A stretch of 36,243 nt of DNA. It comes from Thraustochytrium aureum (Eukaryota). Below are positions 1 through 9,792 of the stretch, piece after piece (position 1 is the first letter of the stretch; each line of letters starts with the position of its first letter). The notes below the pieces were generated by a model. That model was not told the origin of the DNA, made no database searches, and saw only the letters and a list, made by a program, of their open reading frames with translations. Both the position numbers and the translations under genes were made by a program. Location: assembly GCA_012862495.1 (NCBI GenBank), contig BLSG01000330.1, positions 156,505-192,747 of the forward strand, in the 5' to 3' direction.

Positions 1-789
1 TGGCGTCGTGTCTGGAACAACATCCACGTAGATGTTTGACGTAGCAGTAATTTCGTTCGCAGCAATATCTTGAATTGCGGCAGATTGAAGCGCGAGAAGG
101 ACTGCTGCGTCCGTTTCATGCGCAGCTGCTATTGCTGCTCGCTGTGTTTCTGAAAGCTTGAGAACAATCGTCTCGTCGTCTGACACAGAGTCATCCAAAT
201 TCGCGACCAGAGGCTGGTCGACAATACTAAGGCCTACGGTTATCTGCACTTTGTCTGCTGCGAATGAGTCATGCTTGACGTATTCGGAGAAGTGCAGCTG
301 GAGGAGGCCCGACCCGAGGTCAAGCGACGGCGCTTGCCCCGTCGTGTTTGTCTCGAGTAGTGGTGCAATCGTGTCAGGTGTCACAGATGTCGAGACGTTT
401 GTGATTTCCGCACTATGTGCAAGAATCTCCTCGCTCCAAAATGCCCCAGCCCCTGCTGCAAATTGGAGCGCGGCATCTTTTGATGCGACGATTGCGGTGC
501 TGCGCTGTAACTCCGTTAGAGTCGCGGTTACAGTGTTGGCTGCCTCGTCAACAGCAATGTTGCTGGCACCGGAGAGAACGAATACATGAGCGCTGTCATC
601 GCTGCGAGAGACAGCCAATGCGCCAGCATCCGCCACGCTCGAGATGTTTGGTACTGAAAACACGAGTATTCCGGTGCCGAGGTCAAGGCGGACTAGCTCT
701 GGAACGAGCGGTGTGGAGCCTGCTTGGACTACGAGCGAGCCTAGCAACACGAGCCCACTGAAGAAGCGTTGTCGTACGTGTGCGACCAT
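1..789 (-). CDS. Secreted/surface protein built of ~120-aa tandem repeats (probably Ig-like beta-sandwich); N-terminal 263 aa, runs off the window start
   Basis: Manually translated, not in the ORF track. ATG at 789, open to base 1. MVAHVRQRFFSGLVLLGSLVVQAG is signal-peptide-like. Two repeats share LDLG[TS]GxL, L[TS]ExQR and VxPDTxxP. Confidence 0.8.
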   Translation of the reverse strand, partial: MVAHVRQRFFSGLVLLGSLVVQAGSTPLVPELVRLDLGTGILVFSVPNISSVADAGALAVSRSDDSAHVFVLSGASNIAVDEAANTVTATLTELQRSTAIVASKDAALQFAAGAGAFWSEEILAHSAEITNVSTSVTPDTIAPLLETNTTGQAPSLDLGSGLLQLHFSEYVKHDSFAADKVQITVGLSIVDQPLVANLDDSVSDDETIVLKLSETQRAAIAAAHETDAAVLLALQSAAIQDIAANEITATSNIYVDVVPDTTP

Positions 790-1330
790 CTCCTAAGCGC
801 GATGGCCAGCTTGGCCGCCAGAATAGGCGAGCCGGCCCGGCTCGGCCAAGGCGAGGCGCTGGGCTTGTTCAGTTGCCGACCCAGGCGCGCCAACCCGTCC
901 TCGTCAAGAGTAGCTAGCAGATGCTGGTCGATTGCGGGCCTTGCGCGACCCAAGCTCCAGCGATCCGCGCGATTGCTGCCCTGCAGCCCCGACGCCACCG
1001 CCAGCGCGACTCTGCCCCAGGACTTTCGGGCTCGTCTGCGCTTGACCGTTGCAAGGGCCGAAACGGCAGCTCTTTCGAGGTCCCCGGAGTCGGAGAATTC
1101 AGAATACCTATTTATTACCTTGGTGAGAAATGAACGACGTTGCGAGTGGGGATCTATACCCTACACCCTGCTGAGATTGGGTTGCGAATCCGCGTGATTG
1201 CTTCCGCCCGCGGCCGAGACAAGCAGGCGCAGTTGACCAGCTAAGCTGCTTTGACAGTTGCAGTATCTATGGATGAATCCATCCAGCTCACTCGAGGCAC
1301 CTCGAGCGCGCGCCTTGGCGCTTGCTTCGG

Positions 1331-3213
1331 CTAGCCAAGGAACAGCGCGACGGTCATAGAGGCAGCGACCAGTGACGACGCCGCTTTCAGTGCGGAGACG
1401 CTCGACGTCGTGGGCACGTTTCCGGTTATCTGGTTGATATCGGCAGACGTCGTCGGGGGCGGCGTGCCGAGCTGGTTCGTCGTAGACGGGAACGCAATCT
1501 GCATGTTGATCCCCAGGAGCCCGTTGCAGGCATAGCTGTCAAAGTTGGCGTAGTCGTTGGCAAAGTACGCGTAGCCGCCATCACCCCAGGTTGTGCCCCA
1601 GCTGTTCTTGACCTTGAAGGCCATGTTCGGGGTGCCGTAGTCTTGGAAACCGACTATTTGGATGGCGTGGTCGAGCGAGCACTGAGGCTTGGCCATCTCG
1701 GTGGCGCAGTCCTCCACGGTCAGTAGGCCACCCGTGTAGTACTGGAAGCAGGACGCGCTAGCCACGATGGCAATACTGGCTGGGTTCTGGAGGAGCATGT
1801 TGTAGATGTCTTCGTTGGTCGGGTATGTCCCGCCGGAGCCCATGAGCTGGTTGTTCTGGTACGCAGCAACGTATCCGTTTGAAGCGGCGGCAGTGTCGCA
1901 GGCTGAGGTTTGTCCACTCTGGTCGGNNNNNNNNNNNNNNNNNNNNNNNNNNNNNNNNNNNNNNNNNNNNNNNNNNNNNNNNNNNNNNNNNNNNNNNNNN
2001 NNNNNNNNNNNNNNNNNNNNNNNNNNNNNNNNNNNNNNNNNNNNNNNNNNNNNNNNNNNNNNNNNNNNNNNNNNNNNNNNNNNNNNNNNNNNNNNNNNNN
2101 NNNNNNNNNNNNNNNNNNNNNNNNNNNNNNNNNNNNNNNNNNNNNNNNNNNNNNNNNNNNNNNNNNNNNNNNNNNNNNNNNNNNNNNNNNNNNNNNNNNN
2201 NNNNNNNNNNNNNNNNNNNNNNNNNNNNNNNNNNNNNNNNNNNNNNNNNNNNNNNNNNNNNNNNNNNNNNNNNNNNNNNNNNNNNNNNNNNNNNNNNNNN
2301 NNNNNNNNNNNNNNNNNNNNNNNNNNNNNNNNNNNNNNNNNNNNNNNNNNNNNNNNNNNNNNNNNNNNNNNNNNNNNNNNNNNNNNNNNNNNNNNNNNNN
2401 NNNNCCGCCCCAGACGCGCTCGTAGTTGCCGCCGCTGCAGCCGTCGTTGAAGCTAGTGTCGCAGCTGATCAGCTGCTGCGCGCTGAGGACCATCGTTTGT
2501 TGGCCGTCGCTGGCCTGGTTTTCAATCCAGTTCATGGCAGCAATCGTCTCGGAGGCGGAAAAGGCCCAGCACCCGCCGCAGCTGGCCTGGTTCTGCACAA
2601 CCGTTGAAATAGCCGAGCCGACCCAATCCTTGGAAGATTGAGCGCTTGAACTGTTGGTGGAGGCCGCCTGAAATCCGCCCTGGAGGAGGCTCGCCTCCGT
2701 TTCGTTGCGGCGGCGCTTCGGCGTGGAGGTCGGGTCCGCCTTGAAGCCAGTAAAGTGCTTCCTGAACTCGTCTTCAGTGAAGAGGGCCAGGTGGTTGACG
2801 TCAAACGTGGCGCGCGTGCCTTCGCGGCTGCGAAGCCGGTCGACCATCTTGTGTGCCTCCATGAAAACGCAGTGACGAGCCTGCTGGATCGTTGAGCCGG
2901 AGGACCCGAGCGCTTCTTCCGCAATATTGTGCTTCTTGAGGGTTTCGGAGAGCTTCTTGCGGATGTTGTCCGGGAGCACCCTGCCGGTCGCCGAGGCGAG
3001 GCACAGTCCCTTTTCGCGAAACGCGTTGAGGACCTCCGTGGCGGTTGCTTCGTCCATGCCCTTGAGCGCTTTCTCAATGGCCTGCTTGAAGGTGTTGTCG
3101 CTGGTTGTGGCCGCCTGCAACGTGGCCGAGTTGTCGTGGGCAACCTTCACTCCCTGGCTGCAAGCGAAGAGGCTGACCAGTACAGCCACGGTCGCTGTGA
3201 GCGCGGCCTTCAT
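1331..3213 (-). CDS. Papain-family (C1A, cathepsin L-like) cysteine protease, copy 1, with signal peptide, I29-like propeptide and GPI-like tail; internal gap 1927-2404
   Basis: MKAALTATVAVLVSLFACSQG signal peptide; NQASCGGCWAFS (oxyanion Q, catalytic C); LSAQQLISCD; GCSGG; LDHAIQIVG (His); KNSWGTTWGDGGY (Asn). The two ORF-track pieces are joined across the gap. Confidence 0.93.
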
Positions 3214-3554
3214 CTTGTCCACTTCCTTCCGTCTGCCTCGTCCGTCGAGTCCGTTTGCGTGCAACTGCCAGTGCGTTCGATCCGGGTCTGCTCGCCGAGC
3301 GCCCGCTGCAGAATGCAGAGCAGAGCTCTCATTGATGCCAGGCTCTTCTTCGACTCACCTCATCAATCCCCCTTGGCAAGTAAGTGGTAGCAAGGAGGAT
3401 CCTCCTTGGTGGTGGTCGCATCTCTTCGCCTTGAAACGTCGGAGACTCGGAACGGATTCGGCTCAGATCAGAGGGAGTAGGGCACTCGGCGACTCTACGC
3501 AGCAAACAGCTGCTGTCCAAGACATGGAGTAGGAATCATGTGATTGTTTTTACC

Positions 3555-4966
3555 CTACAAGTGGAACAGCGCGGCGGTCACAGCGGCAGCGACCAGGGAC
3601 GACGCCGCTTTCAGCGCCGAGACGCTCGACGGCGTGGGCACGTTTCCGGGTACCTGCTGCGCCTTTGACGGGAATGCAATCTGCATGTTGATCCCCAGGA
3701 GCCCGTTGCAGGCATAGCTGTCAAAGTTGGCGTAGTCGTTGGCAAAGTACGCGTAGCCGCCATCACCCCAGGTTGTGCCCCAGCTGTTCTTGACCTTGAA
3801 GGCCATGTTCGGGGTGCCGTAGTCTTGGAAACCGACTATTTGGATGGCGTGGTCGAGCGAGCACTGAGGCTCGGCCATCTCGGTGGCGCAGTCCTCGACG
3901 GTCAGCACGCCACCCATGTAGTACTGGAAGCAGGACGCGCTGCCCACGATGGCAATGCTGGCTGGGTTCTGGAGGAGCATGTTGTAGATGTCTTCGTTGG
4001 TCGGGTACGTTCCGCCCGGACCAACGAGCTGGTTGTTCTGGTACGCGGCAACGTACCCGTTTGAAGCGGCGGCAGAGTCGCAGGCTGAGGTTTGTCCACT
4101 CTGGTCGANNNNNNNNNNNNNNNNNNNNNNNNNNNNNNNNNNNNNNNNNNNNNNNNNNNNNNNNNNNNNNNNNNNNNNNNNNNNNNNNNNNNNNNNNNNN
4201 NNNNNNNNNNNNNNNNNNNNNNNNNNNNNNNNNNNNNNNNNNNNNNNNNNNNNNNNNNNNNNNNNNNNNNNNNNNNNNNNNNNNNNNNNNNNNNNNNNNN
4301 NNNNNNNNNNNNNNNNNNNNNNNNNNNNNNNNNNNNNNNNNNNNNNNNNNNNNNNNNNNNNNNNNNNNNNNNNNNNNNNNNNNNNNNNNNNNNNNNNNNN
4401 NNNNNNNNNNNNNNNNNNNNNNNNNNNNNNNNNNNNNNNNNNNNNNNNNNNNNNNNNNNNNNNNNNNNNNNNNNNNNNNNNNNNNNNNNNNNNNNNNNNN
4501 NNNNNNNNNNNNNNNNNNNNNNNNNNNNNNNNNNNNNNNNNNNNNNNNNNNNNNNNNNNNNNNNNNNNNNNNNNNNNNNNNNNNNNNNNNNNNNNNNNNN
4601 NNNNNNNNNNNNNNNNNNNNNNNNNNNNNNNNAGTGACGAGCCTGCTGGATCGTTGAGTTGGAGGACCCGAGCGCCTCCTCCGCGATGTTGTACTTTGTG
4701 AGGACGTCAGTGAGCTTCTTGCGGATGTTGTCCGGGAGCGCCGCCGAGGCGAGGCACAGTCCCTTTGCTCGAAACGCGTTGAGGACCTCCGTGGCGGTTG
4801 CTTCGTCCATGCCCTTGAGCGCTTTCTCAATGGCCTCCTTGAAGGTGTTGTCGCTGGTTGTGGCCGCCTGCAACGTGGCCGAGTTGTCGTGGGCAACCGT
4901 CACTCCCTGGCTGCAAGCGAAGAGGCTGACCAGTACGGCCACGGTCGCTGTGAGCGCGGCCTTCAT
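3555..4966 (-). CDS. Papain-family (C1A) cysteine protease, copy 2 (tandem paralog); gap 4109-4632 hides the catalytic Cys region
   Basis: Near-identical N-terminus (MKAALTATV...QQARH) and C-terminal half (LDHAIQIVG, KNSWG) to copy 1, with a shorter pre-tail linker. Confidence 0.9.
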
Positions 4967-5398
4967 CTTGTCCACTTCCTTCCGTCTGCCTCGTCCGTCG
5001 AGTTCCGATTGCGTGCAACTGCCAGTGCGTTCGATCCGGGTCTGCCAGTGTTGGGTGCGTAGAGTTAGTTACGTAGCGAAGTACCGGGTAAGTACGGTAG
5101 GTAGAGTACTCAATCGGTGAGCTCGACCGAGCGCCCGTTGCAGAATTCAGAGCTCTCTTCGCCGAAGTCGAGACCGCATCTTCTTCTTCATCCGACTCCG
5201 AGTCCGTTCAGTGACTGGATTTTTCAGTGCTGGAGGGCGGGAGTAGGTAGGGCACTTGGCGACTCTGCGCGTCGCGGGGCTGTTCTCATTGATCATTGAG
5301 GCAGACGCGCGCGACGGGAGGCGCGACGTGAGCCGTTGAGCAGCCGGCGCTGGCCGGGACGCGAACGTGGCGGCGCGGGCGAGGCGGCGCTCGCCGGC

Positions 5399-5893
5399 AT
5401 GGCCGATGGCAGGTCGCACTATGAGGTGCTTGGTGTTGAACCTGGGAGCTCGGCGGCGGAGGTGAAGAAGGCTTTCAGGGAGCTCGCAAAGCGAACGCAC
5501 CCGGATACGGCGGGCCACGCGAGTTCGTCGAAGGAGTTTGTGCGTGGGCTCGAGGCAGTCAAGGTCCTTCAGGACCCGCTTCTGCGCGCCTCGTATGACT
5601 CGAGGTTGGGGCTTGAGGCTGTTCGCGCGACGAAGAGTTGGGCAAGGTCCTCTGAGCCTCCTTCAGCAGAAAATGTGGCCAGCGAGTCTGTCATTTACAG
5701 CCCGCGCCCGCGACCGACCGATCGGATGCCGAACAGCTACTATCGTCAGCAGTACGCCCCAAGGAGCGAAGCGGAGCGCCAACGGCGTATGCACGCCCGG
5801 ACAGTGCCAGTTCACGGCCGAAGCCGCGTCGCTCTTGCCGTGGGCGCACCAGTTGCTCTTGCGCTTGCGCTCGGTTTCGCCCTGAGCGCTTAG
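5399..5893 (+). CDS. DnaJ (J-domain) protein with C-terminal hydrophobic tail (probably tail-anchored)
   Basis: SHYEVLGV...EVKKAFRELAKRTHPD...VLQDPLLRASYD J-domain with HPD. C-terminal VALAVGAPVALALALGFALSA. First in-frame ATG is 5399, after an in-frame TGA at 5297. Confidence 0.9.
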   Translation: MADGRSHYEVLGVEPGSSAAEVKKAFRELAKRTHPDTAGHASSSKEFVRGLEAVKVLQDPLLRASYDSRLGLEAVRATKSWARSSEPPSAENVASESVIYSPRPRPTDRMPNSYYRQQYAPRSEAERQRRMHARTVPVHGRSRVALAVGAPVALALALGFALSA

Positions 5894-6081
5894 TGAAGGC
5901 CACTCGATGGTGGGCTGGGGAGCGAGTGTCGTTTCGCCAGGTGCGACGTGTACAAACCAAATCGGGGCGCACCTGAAGAAGCGGCGCCAAGACCGGTCCA
6001 TGGAAGGGGCTAGCGGGACCGTGGACGAACAACGTGATTTAGATGTAGGGCAAAGACTGAGTTTTGACGTTACGCAACCTA

Positions 6082-6550
6082 TCACTCGGCTTCAGCAGTC
6101 ATCTTGCTGGCGAGCGAAGTAAGAGCAAGGTCTCCCTCACCCTTCGACCGGATGTAGCCGGAAAGAGCGAACGGGGTGAACTTGCCGGTGTAGAGCCCGG
6201 TCTTGGGGTCCACATGGCCGACGTTGATCTGGACGGAGCCCTTGTCCTGCGAAGTGATGAGGCGGTTGGTCCACGAGCTGTTTCATTTCAATTTTCACAT
6301 GTCAGCAAAACGAAAAAGTCAGGCACGGGGAAGCAAACCAACCCAAACACCGTGCCGCCCGAGCGACGCGCGCCTGGCAGCGGAAACGGCAGCCTTCATC
6401 CGCGCCGCTCACGATACATCGTCAAGCTCGCGCAGCGCGCATCCGCCGTTCGCAGCACTCTGGTCGGGCCTGGCCTCGACGACCACCCGTGCTCACTTAC
6501 CACTTGCGCGGGAGGTAGAGGTCCACGTTCTCGCCGGCGTCGTTCTGCAT
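6082..6550 (-). CDS. RPS21: 40S ribosomal protein S21 (eS21), two exons: 6550-6501 and 6277-6082
   Basis: Spliced product MQNDAGENVDLYLPRKCSWTNRLITSQDKGSVQINVGHVDPKTGLYTGKFTPFALSGYIRSKGEGDLALTSLASKMTAEAE (81 aa) matches eS21. The 223-nt intron 6500-6278 is GTAAGT...CTGAC...CAG. Not in the ORF track. Confidence 0.97.
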
Positions 6551-6786
6551 GGTGCCTAGTGTGTATCGAGCTGCTACGCGTCTCCTGCTGCTGCTGCTGC
6601 CTGCTGCGTGCTGCTCTTGCTCGTGCTACTGCTCTCCCCCGCCCTCTCCCCTTCGCCACACATCGAAATCTGTTCACGAGCGCAAACCTCCTCGAAACTA
6701 CCTCACAAAACGGTCCACTGCCCTCTACCTCGAAGTATCCTCACGAGCCCGCCTGGCGCCACCCATTGCACCCCAACTCCAGAGCG

Positions 6787-6826
6787 CCCTAACCCAACCT
6801 AGGGTTTACCACGGTACCGGTTAGGG
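6787..6826. promoter_or_regulatory. Telo-box-like element upstream of RPS21
   Basis: TAGGGTTT at 6800-6807 (AAACCCTA on the RPS21 sense strand), flanked by inverted CCCTAACC (6787-6794) and GGTTAGGG (6819-6826). Confidence 0.4.
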
Positions 6827-6837
6827 TAGGTGATTTT

Positions 6838-7128
6838 GGGGAACGCTCCATTGCGTTCCGGACAGGGAACAGAGAACGCTTCCTCTGGTTNNNNNNNNNN
6901 NNNNNNNNNNNNNNNNNNNNNNNNNNNNNNNNNNNNNNNNNNNNNNNNNNNNNNNNNNNNNNNNNNNNNNNNNNNNNNNNNNNNNNNNNNNNNNNNNNNN
7001 NNNNNNNNNNNNNNNNNNNNNNNNNNNNNNNNNNNNNNNNNNNNNNGGGGAACGCTTCCGCTGGTTCCGTACCGGGAACAGAGAACGATTCGGAGGTTCG
7101 TTTTTGCGTTCCGGAGTGGGGAACGCAA
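6838..7128. repeat. Degenerate tandem repeat with GGAAC/GTTCC inverted half-sites, partly collapsed into gap 6891-7046, in the RPS21/DRC10 divergent intergenic region
   Basis: GGGAACAGAGAACG and GAACGCTTCC[T/G]CTGGTT occur on both sides of the gap. Confidence 0.75.
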
Positions 7129-7281
7129 GGCATCTATGCGTTGGGGTCGGACGGGCCGTGCGCGGCAGCGAGCGAGGCACGCGGCAGTGCGCGGCGGTCT
7201 GGGGCGGCGCGGCGCAGGGCGCACGGGAAGGGGCTTTCCGGCCGAGCCGCGCTTTGGGAGTCCGCGCCCTGCGAGGAGAAG

Positions 7282-8493
7282 ATGCACAAGCTTTCGCACG
7301 TGGAGGCGCAGCGCGTGATTGGCGTGCTGGGCGAGACGCTCGAAAGGCTGTCCTGCCTCTCGAACGTGCCCGAGAGGCCCCGGGCCGACCTGCTTCATGA
7401 GCTCGAGCTGGTCAAGTCGTTTCCCGCGCTGAGCTGCCTTGAAAACCAGTACCAGCTCGAGGAGGCGCTGGCTGTCGAGCGGGAAAAGGCGCCCGGCAGC
7501 GACGCGCAGGCCAGCCTCGAAGGCAAGCTACGCAGCAACACGCGCTCGCTGTGTCGGGCGCTCCGCGAGGATATCCAAGCCCTAAACGTACTCTTCAAGT
7601 ACGACGATGGCGACCATGTTTCGCGAGAGGAGTCCAAGCATGGCGCTGGCAATGTCGACGACAACGACGCCGAGGACGAATATGCTGGCGGCGACGAACC
7701 TGAAGGCCGGGGGCCAGCCCGCCTTATCGAGTTGCACGAGTGCCTTGCCGGGCTCCGCGACGTGGTGTTCAAGTCGCTGACAACTACTGTTGAAGACGAG
7801 CACTCCCAGAAGGTCATGCTCCAGACGGTCTCGACGCGCGAAAAGGAGGCGGAGGAAGATCGCAAGACGCTCGAGAAGGAGCTCGCGATCGCGCGACGCA
7901 ACCGGCGCAGGACGATCGCGGAGCTGGATTCGCACCTCTCCAAGCTCAAGGCCGAGCTCCGCGACACCAAACAGAGCGCAGATACGGAGGAGGCAAACCT
8001 GCAAGCCGAGGTCGCTGCTGAGACGAAACGGGTGCGAATGGAGCACGATGCTGCCATGAAGCGCCTCACCGAGGAGGAGGCCAAGCTCTCAGAGGCGCTC
8101 GAGCAGCTTTCTGCTGAGATGGAGCAGACAGAGGCGCAGTTGCAAAAGAAAAAGAGCAAGTTTGAAGGCGAGGTGAGCACCTTGGTCGGGCGCTACGACG
8201 CCGACCTCAACAGCAAGCAGGACGCGCTCGACTCGCTGCGCTCCCAGTATGAGCGCGAGAAGACTCGGCTGGCCGAGCTTGAAGAGCACTTTGCCAAGGT
8301 AGACAAGGAGAACGAGCGCATCGCGGCGGAGGAGGAGGAGTGGGCGCGGTTTCTCAACGAAAAGTACAAGGAGGAGCGCATCTTTGACGATGGCGCCGTC
8401 GCTCTTCAGAAGCTGTTCCGTGGGTACAAGGGCCGCGCAGAGTTTGAGGCTGCGCAAAAGAAAGGCAAGAAGGGCAAGAAGGGCAAGAAGTAA
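7282..8493 (+). CDS. DRC10: Dynein regulatory complex protein 10 (IQCD-like)
   Basis: N-terminal VEAQRVIGVLGETLERL, KSLTTTVEDE, long coiled coil, C-terminal IQ motif (ALQKLFRGYKGR) and KKGKKGKKGKK tail. Confidence 0.85.
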   Translation: MHKLSHVEAQRVIGVLGETLERLSCLSNVPERPRADLLHELELVKSFPALSCLENQYQLEEALAVEREKAPGSDAQASLEGKLRSNTRSLCRALREDIQALNVLFKYDDGDHVSREESKHGAGNVDDNDAEDEYAGGDEPEGRGPARLIELHECLAGLRDVVFKSLTTTVEDEHSQKVMLQTVSTREKEAEEDRKTLEKELAIARRNRRRTIAELDSHLSKLKAELRDTKQSADTEEANLQAEVAAETKRVRMEHDAAMKRLTEEEAKLSEALEQLSAEMEQTEAQLQKKKSKFEGEVSTLVGRYDADLNSKQDALDSLRSQYEREKTRLAELEEHFAKVDKENERIAAEEEEWARFLNEKYKEERIFDDGAVALQKLFRGYKGRAEFEAAQKKGKKGKKGKK

Positions 8494-8865
8494 CGCCGTT
8501 TGCATTCAAGTTGCTTTTCAGGGCTGCCAGTGGACCCGCTGCTGCGCGAGTCGTCGAGATGCGCCGAACTGTATGACATGCGGCGAGTTTCAAGAACGTT
8601 GTTTTCAATCAATTGAACTGTTGAGGGGGCCGCTGCAGAGCAGCACCAACTCGCTCAATAGCAGGGGAAGATTGCTTGTTCGTTTGTTTGTCGTTGTCGC
8701 AAGTTTAGTTGCTGCTGTTGCCATCCGACCTTGGATGAAGTTGCCAAATGCGCTGGCACTCGCCCTCATCCACTCCAAACAACCATCTGATTCTGATCCT
8801 TTTGCCATAGATTGGAATCGCCCCTCGGTGTCGACCGTCACAAAAGTTACACAAGCTCACCGAAT

Positions 8866-9792
8866 TTACTGCCGCTCCACGCTCCGCGCGGACGAGTTGC
8901 CAATAGCCTCGGCGTCGTGATTCTCGTGGAGGGGCAGTTCGCTCGCCGACGGTCCTTCAGAGAGCGGACCGGTCTTCCGGTCCCAGGCCAAAGCGAGCGG
9001 GCGACACAGGAAGCAGACGTCGCTCGACAGGGCAGGGAAGCAGGAAAAGTAGCCAAGCAGCGCAGAGCCCGTGCCCACCGCGGCGCCGGCGTTTACGTCA
9101 GAGAAAAAGTGGGCGTAGTCTGTTAGCCGGGAACAAGCCACAGTGGTGCTCACTGCAAGAGGGAGGAGTATGCACAGCAGCGCGGACGCAAACGACCCGC
9201 GGAAAGGGTCAGCGGAGGTCGATGCCAGCAGCAGACCGCGGCTCCTGAACAGGCCAACTTTGCCAGACAGGTACAACGCCGTGAAGACCATGCCCACGAA
9301 AGCGAAGGACGAGTGACCAGAAATGTAGCTCTTGTTAAAGCTCGTGTCATTGTTGGCCAGCCGCGCCATGCCGCTGGGACGAATACGGCCCACGGCTACC
9401 TTGATTGCGACAGTGATGAGTGCGTTGACTGCGTTGGCCTCGAAGAGCGCGAGGAGCGCGTGGTGCATGTCGAGTTCGCAGGACCAGCCCTTCGCCAGGC
9501 ACTTCATTGCCACCTGGGTGAGCAAAAACACGAGGATTGGAAGCCCTGCCGCGACGCCGAGGACCGCGGCTTGGCCCACTGTGTCTGGGTTGTAGGGATA
9601 CGAAATGGTTGGGTCTGTGGGGATGAAAAACCGTTCGTGCGTAGGTGCCAAGTTGACGAGCGGGACGGTCCCAAGCACCACGCCCGCTGCCACCCAGTCG
9701 ATCAAGTAGTACAGAACGGCGCTCAACGCGCTAGACCTGTACGGTAGCCGAGCCGCGGCTGCCTCCAACGCGCTCGACTTGACAGCGCTCAT
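8866..9792 (-). CDS. PAP2-family lipid phosphate phosphatase (multi-pass membrane protein)
   Basis: C1 KVAVGRIRP, C2 SYISGH, C3 SRLTDYAHFFSD; DPTISYP N-terminal motif; about six hydrophobic segments. Confidence 0.92.
   Translation of the reverse strand: MSAVKSSALEAAAARLPYRSSALSAVLYYLIDWVAAGVVLGTVPLVNLAPTHERFFIPTDPTISYPYNPDTVGQAAVLGVAAGLPILVFLLTQVAMKCLAKGWSCELDMHHALLALFEANAVNALITVAIKVAVGRIRPSGMARLANNDTSFNKSYISGHSSFAFVGMVFTALYLSGKVGLFRSRGLLLASTSADPFRGSFASALLCILLPLAVSTTVACSRLTDYAHFFSDVNAGAAVGTGSALLGYFSCFPALSSDVCFLCRPLALAWDRKTGPLSEGPSASELPLHENHDAEAIGNSSARSVERQ

Larger units (their letters stand above)
1331..5290. repeat. Tandem duplication of the protease gene including its upstream region (units ~1331-3530 and ~3555-5290)
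   Basis: Coding regions are nearly identical. Upstream blocks also match, e.g. GTAGGGCACTCGGCGACTCTACGC (~3477-3500) vs GTAGGGCACTTGGCGACTCTGCGC (~5247-5270). Confidence 0.9.

Noticed and set aside
6278..6500. Intronic C/D snoRNA in the RPS21 intron
   Set aside because: CTGA words are present but there is no good RTGATGA box C and no terminal stem; one CTGA is the branch point.
6787..6826. Telomere fusion scar or chromosome end
   Set aside because: Only single units are present, oriented CCCTAA...TTAGGG, opposite to a fusion signature, with genes on both sides.
6838..7128. Heat-shock elements
   Set aside because: GAA and TTC are mostly 3 nt or more apart, not the contiguous nGAAnnTTCn pentamer pattern.
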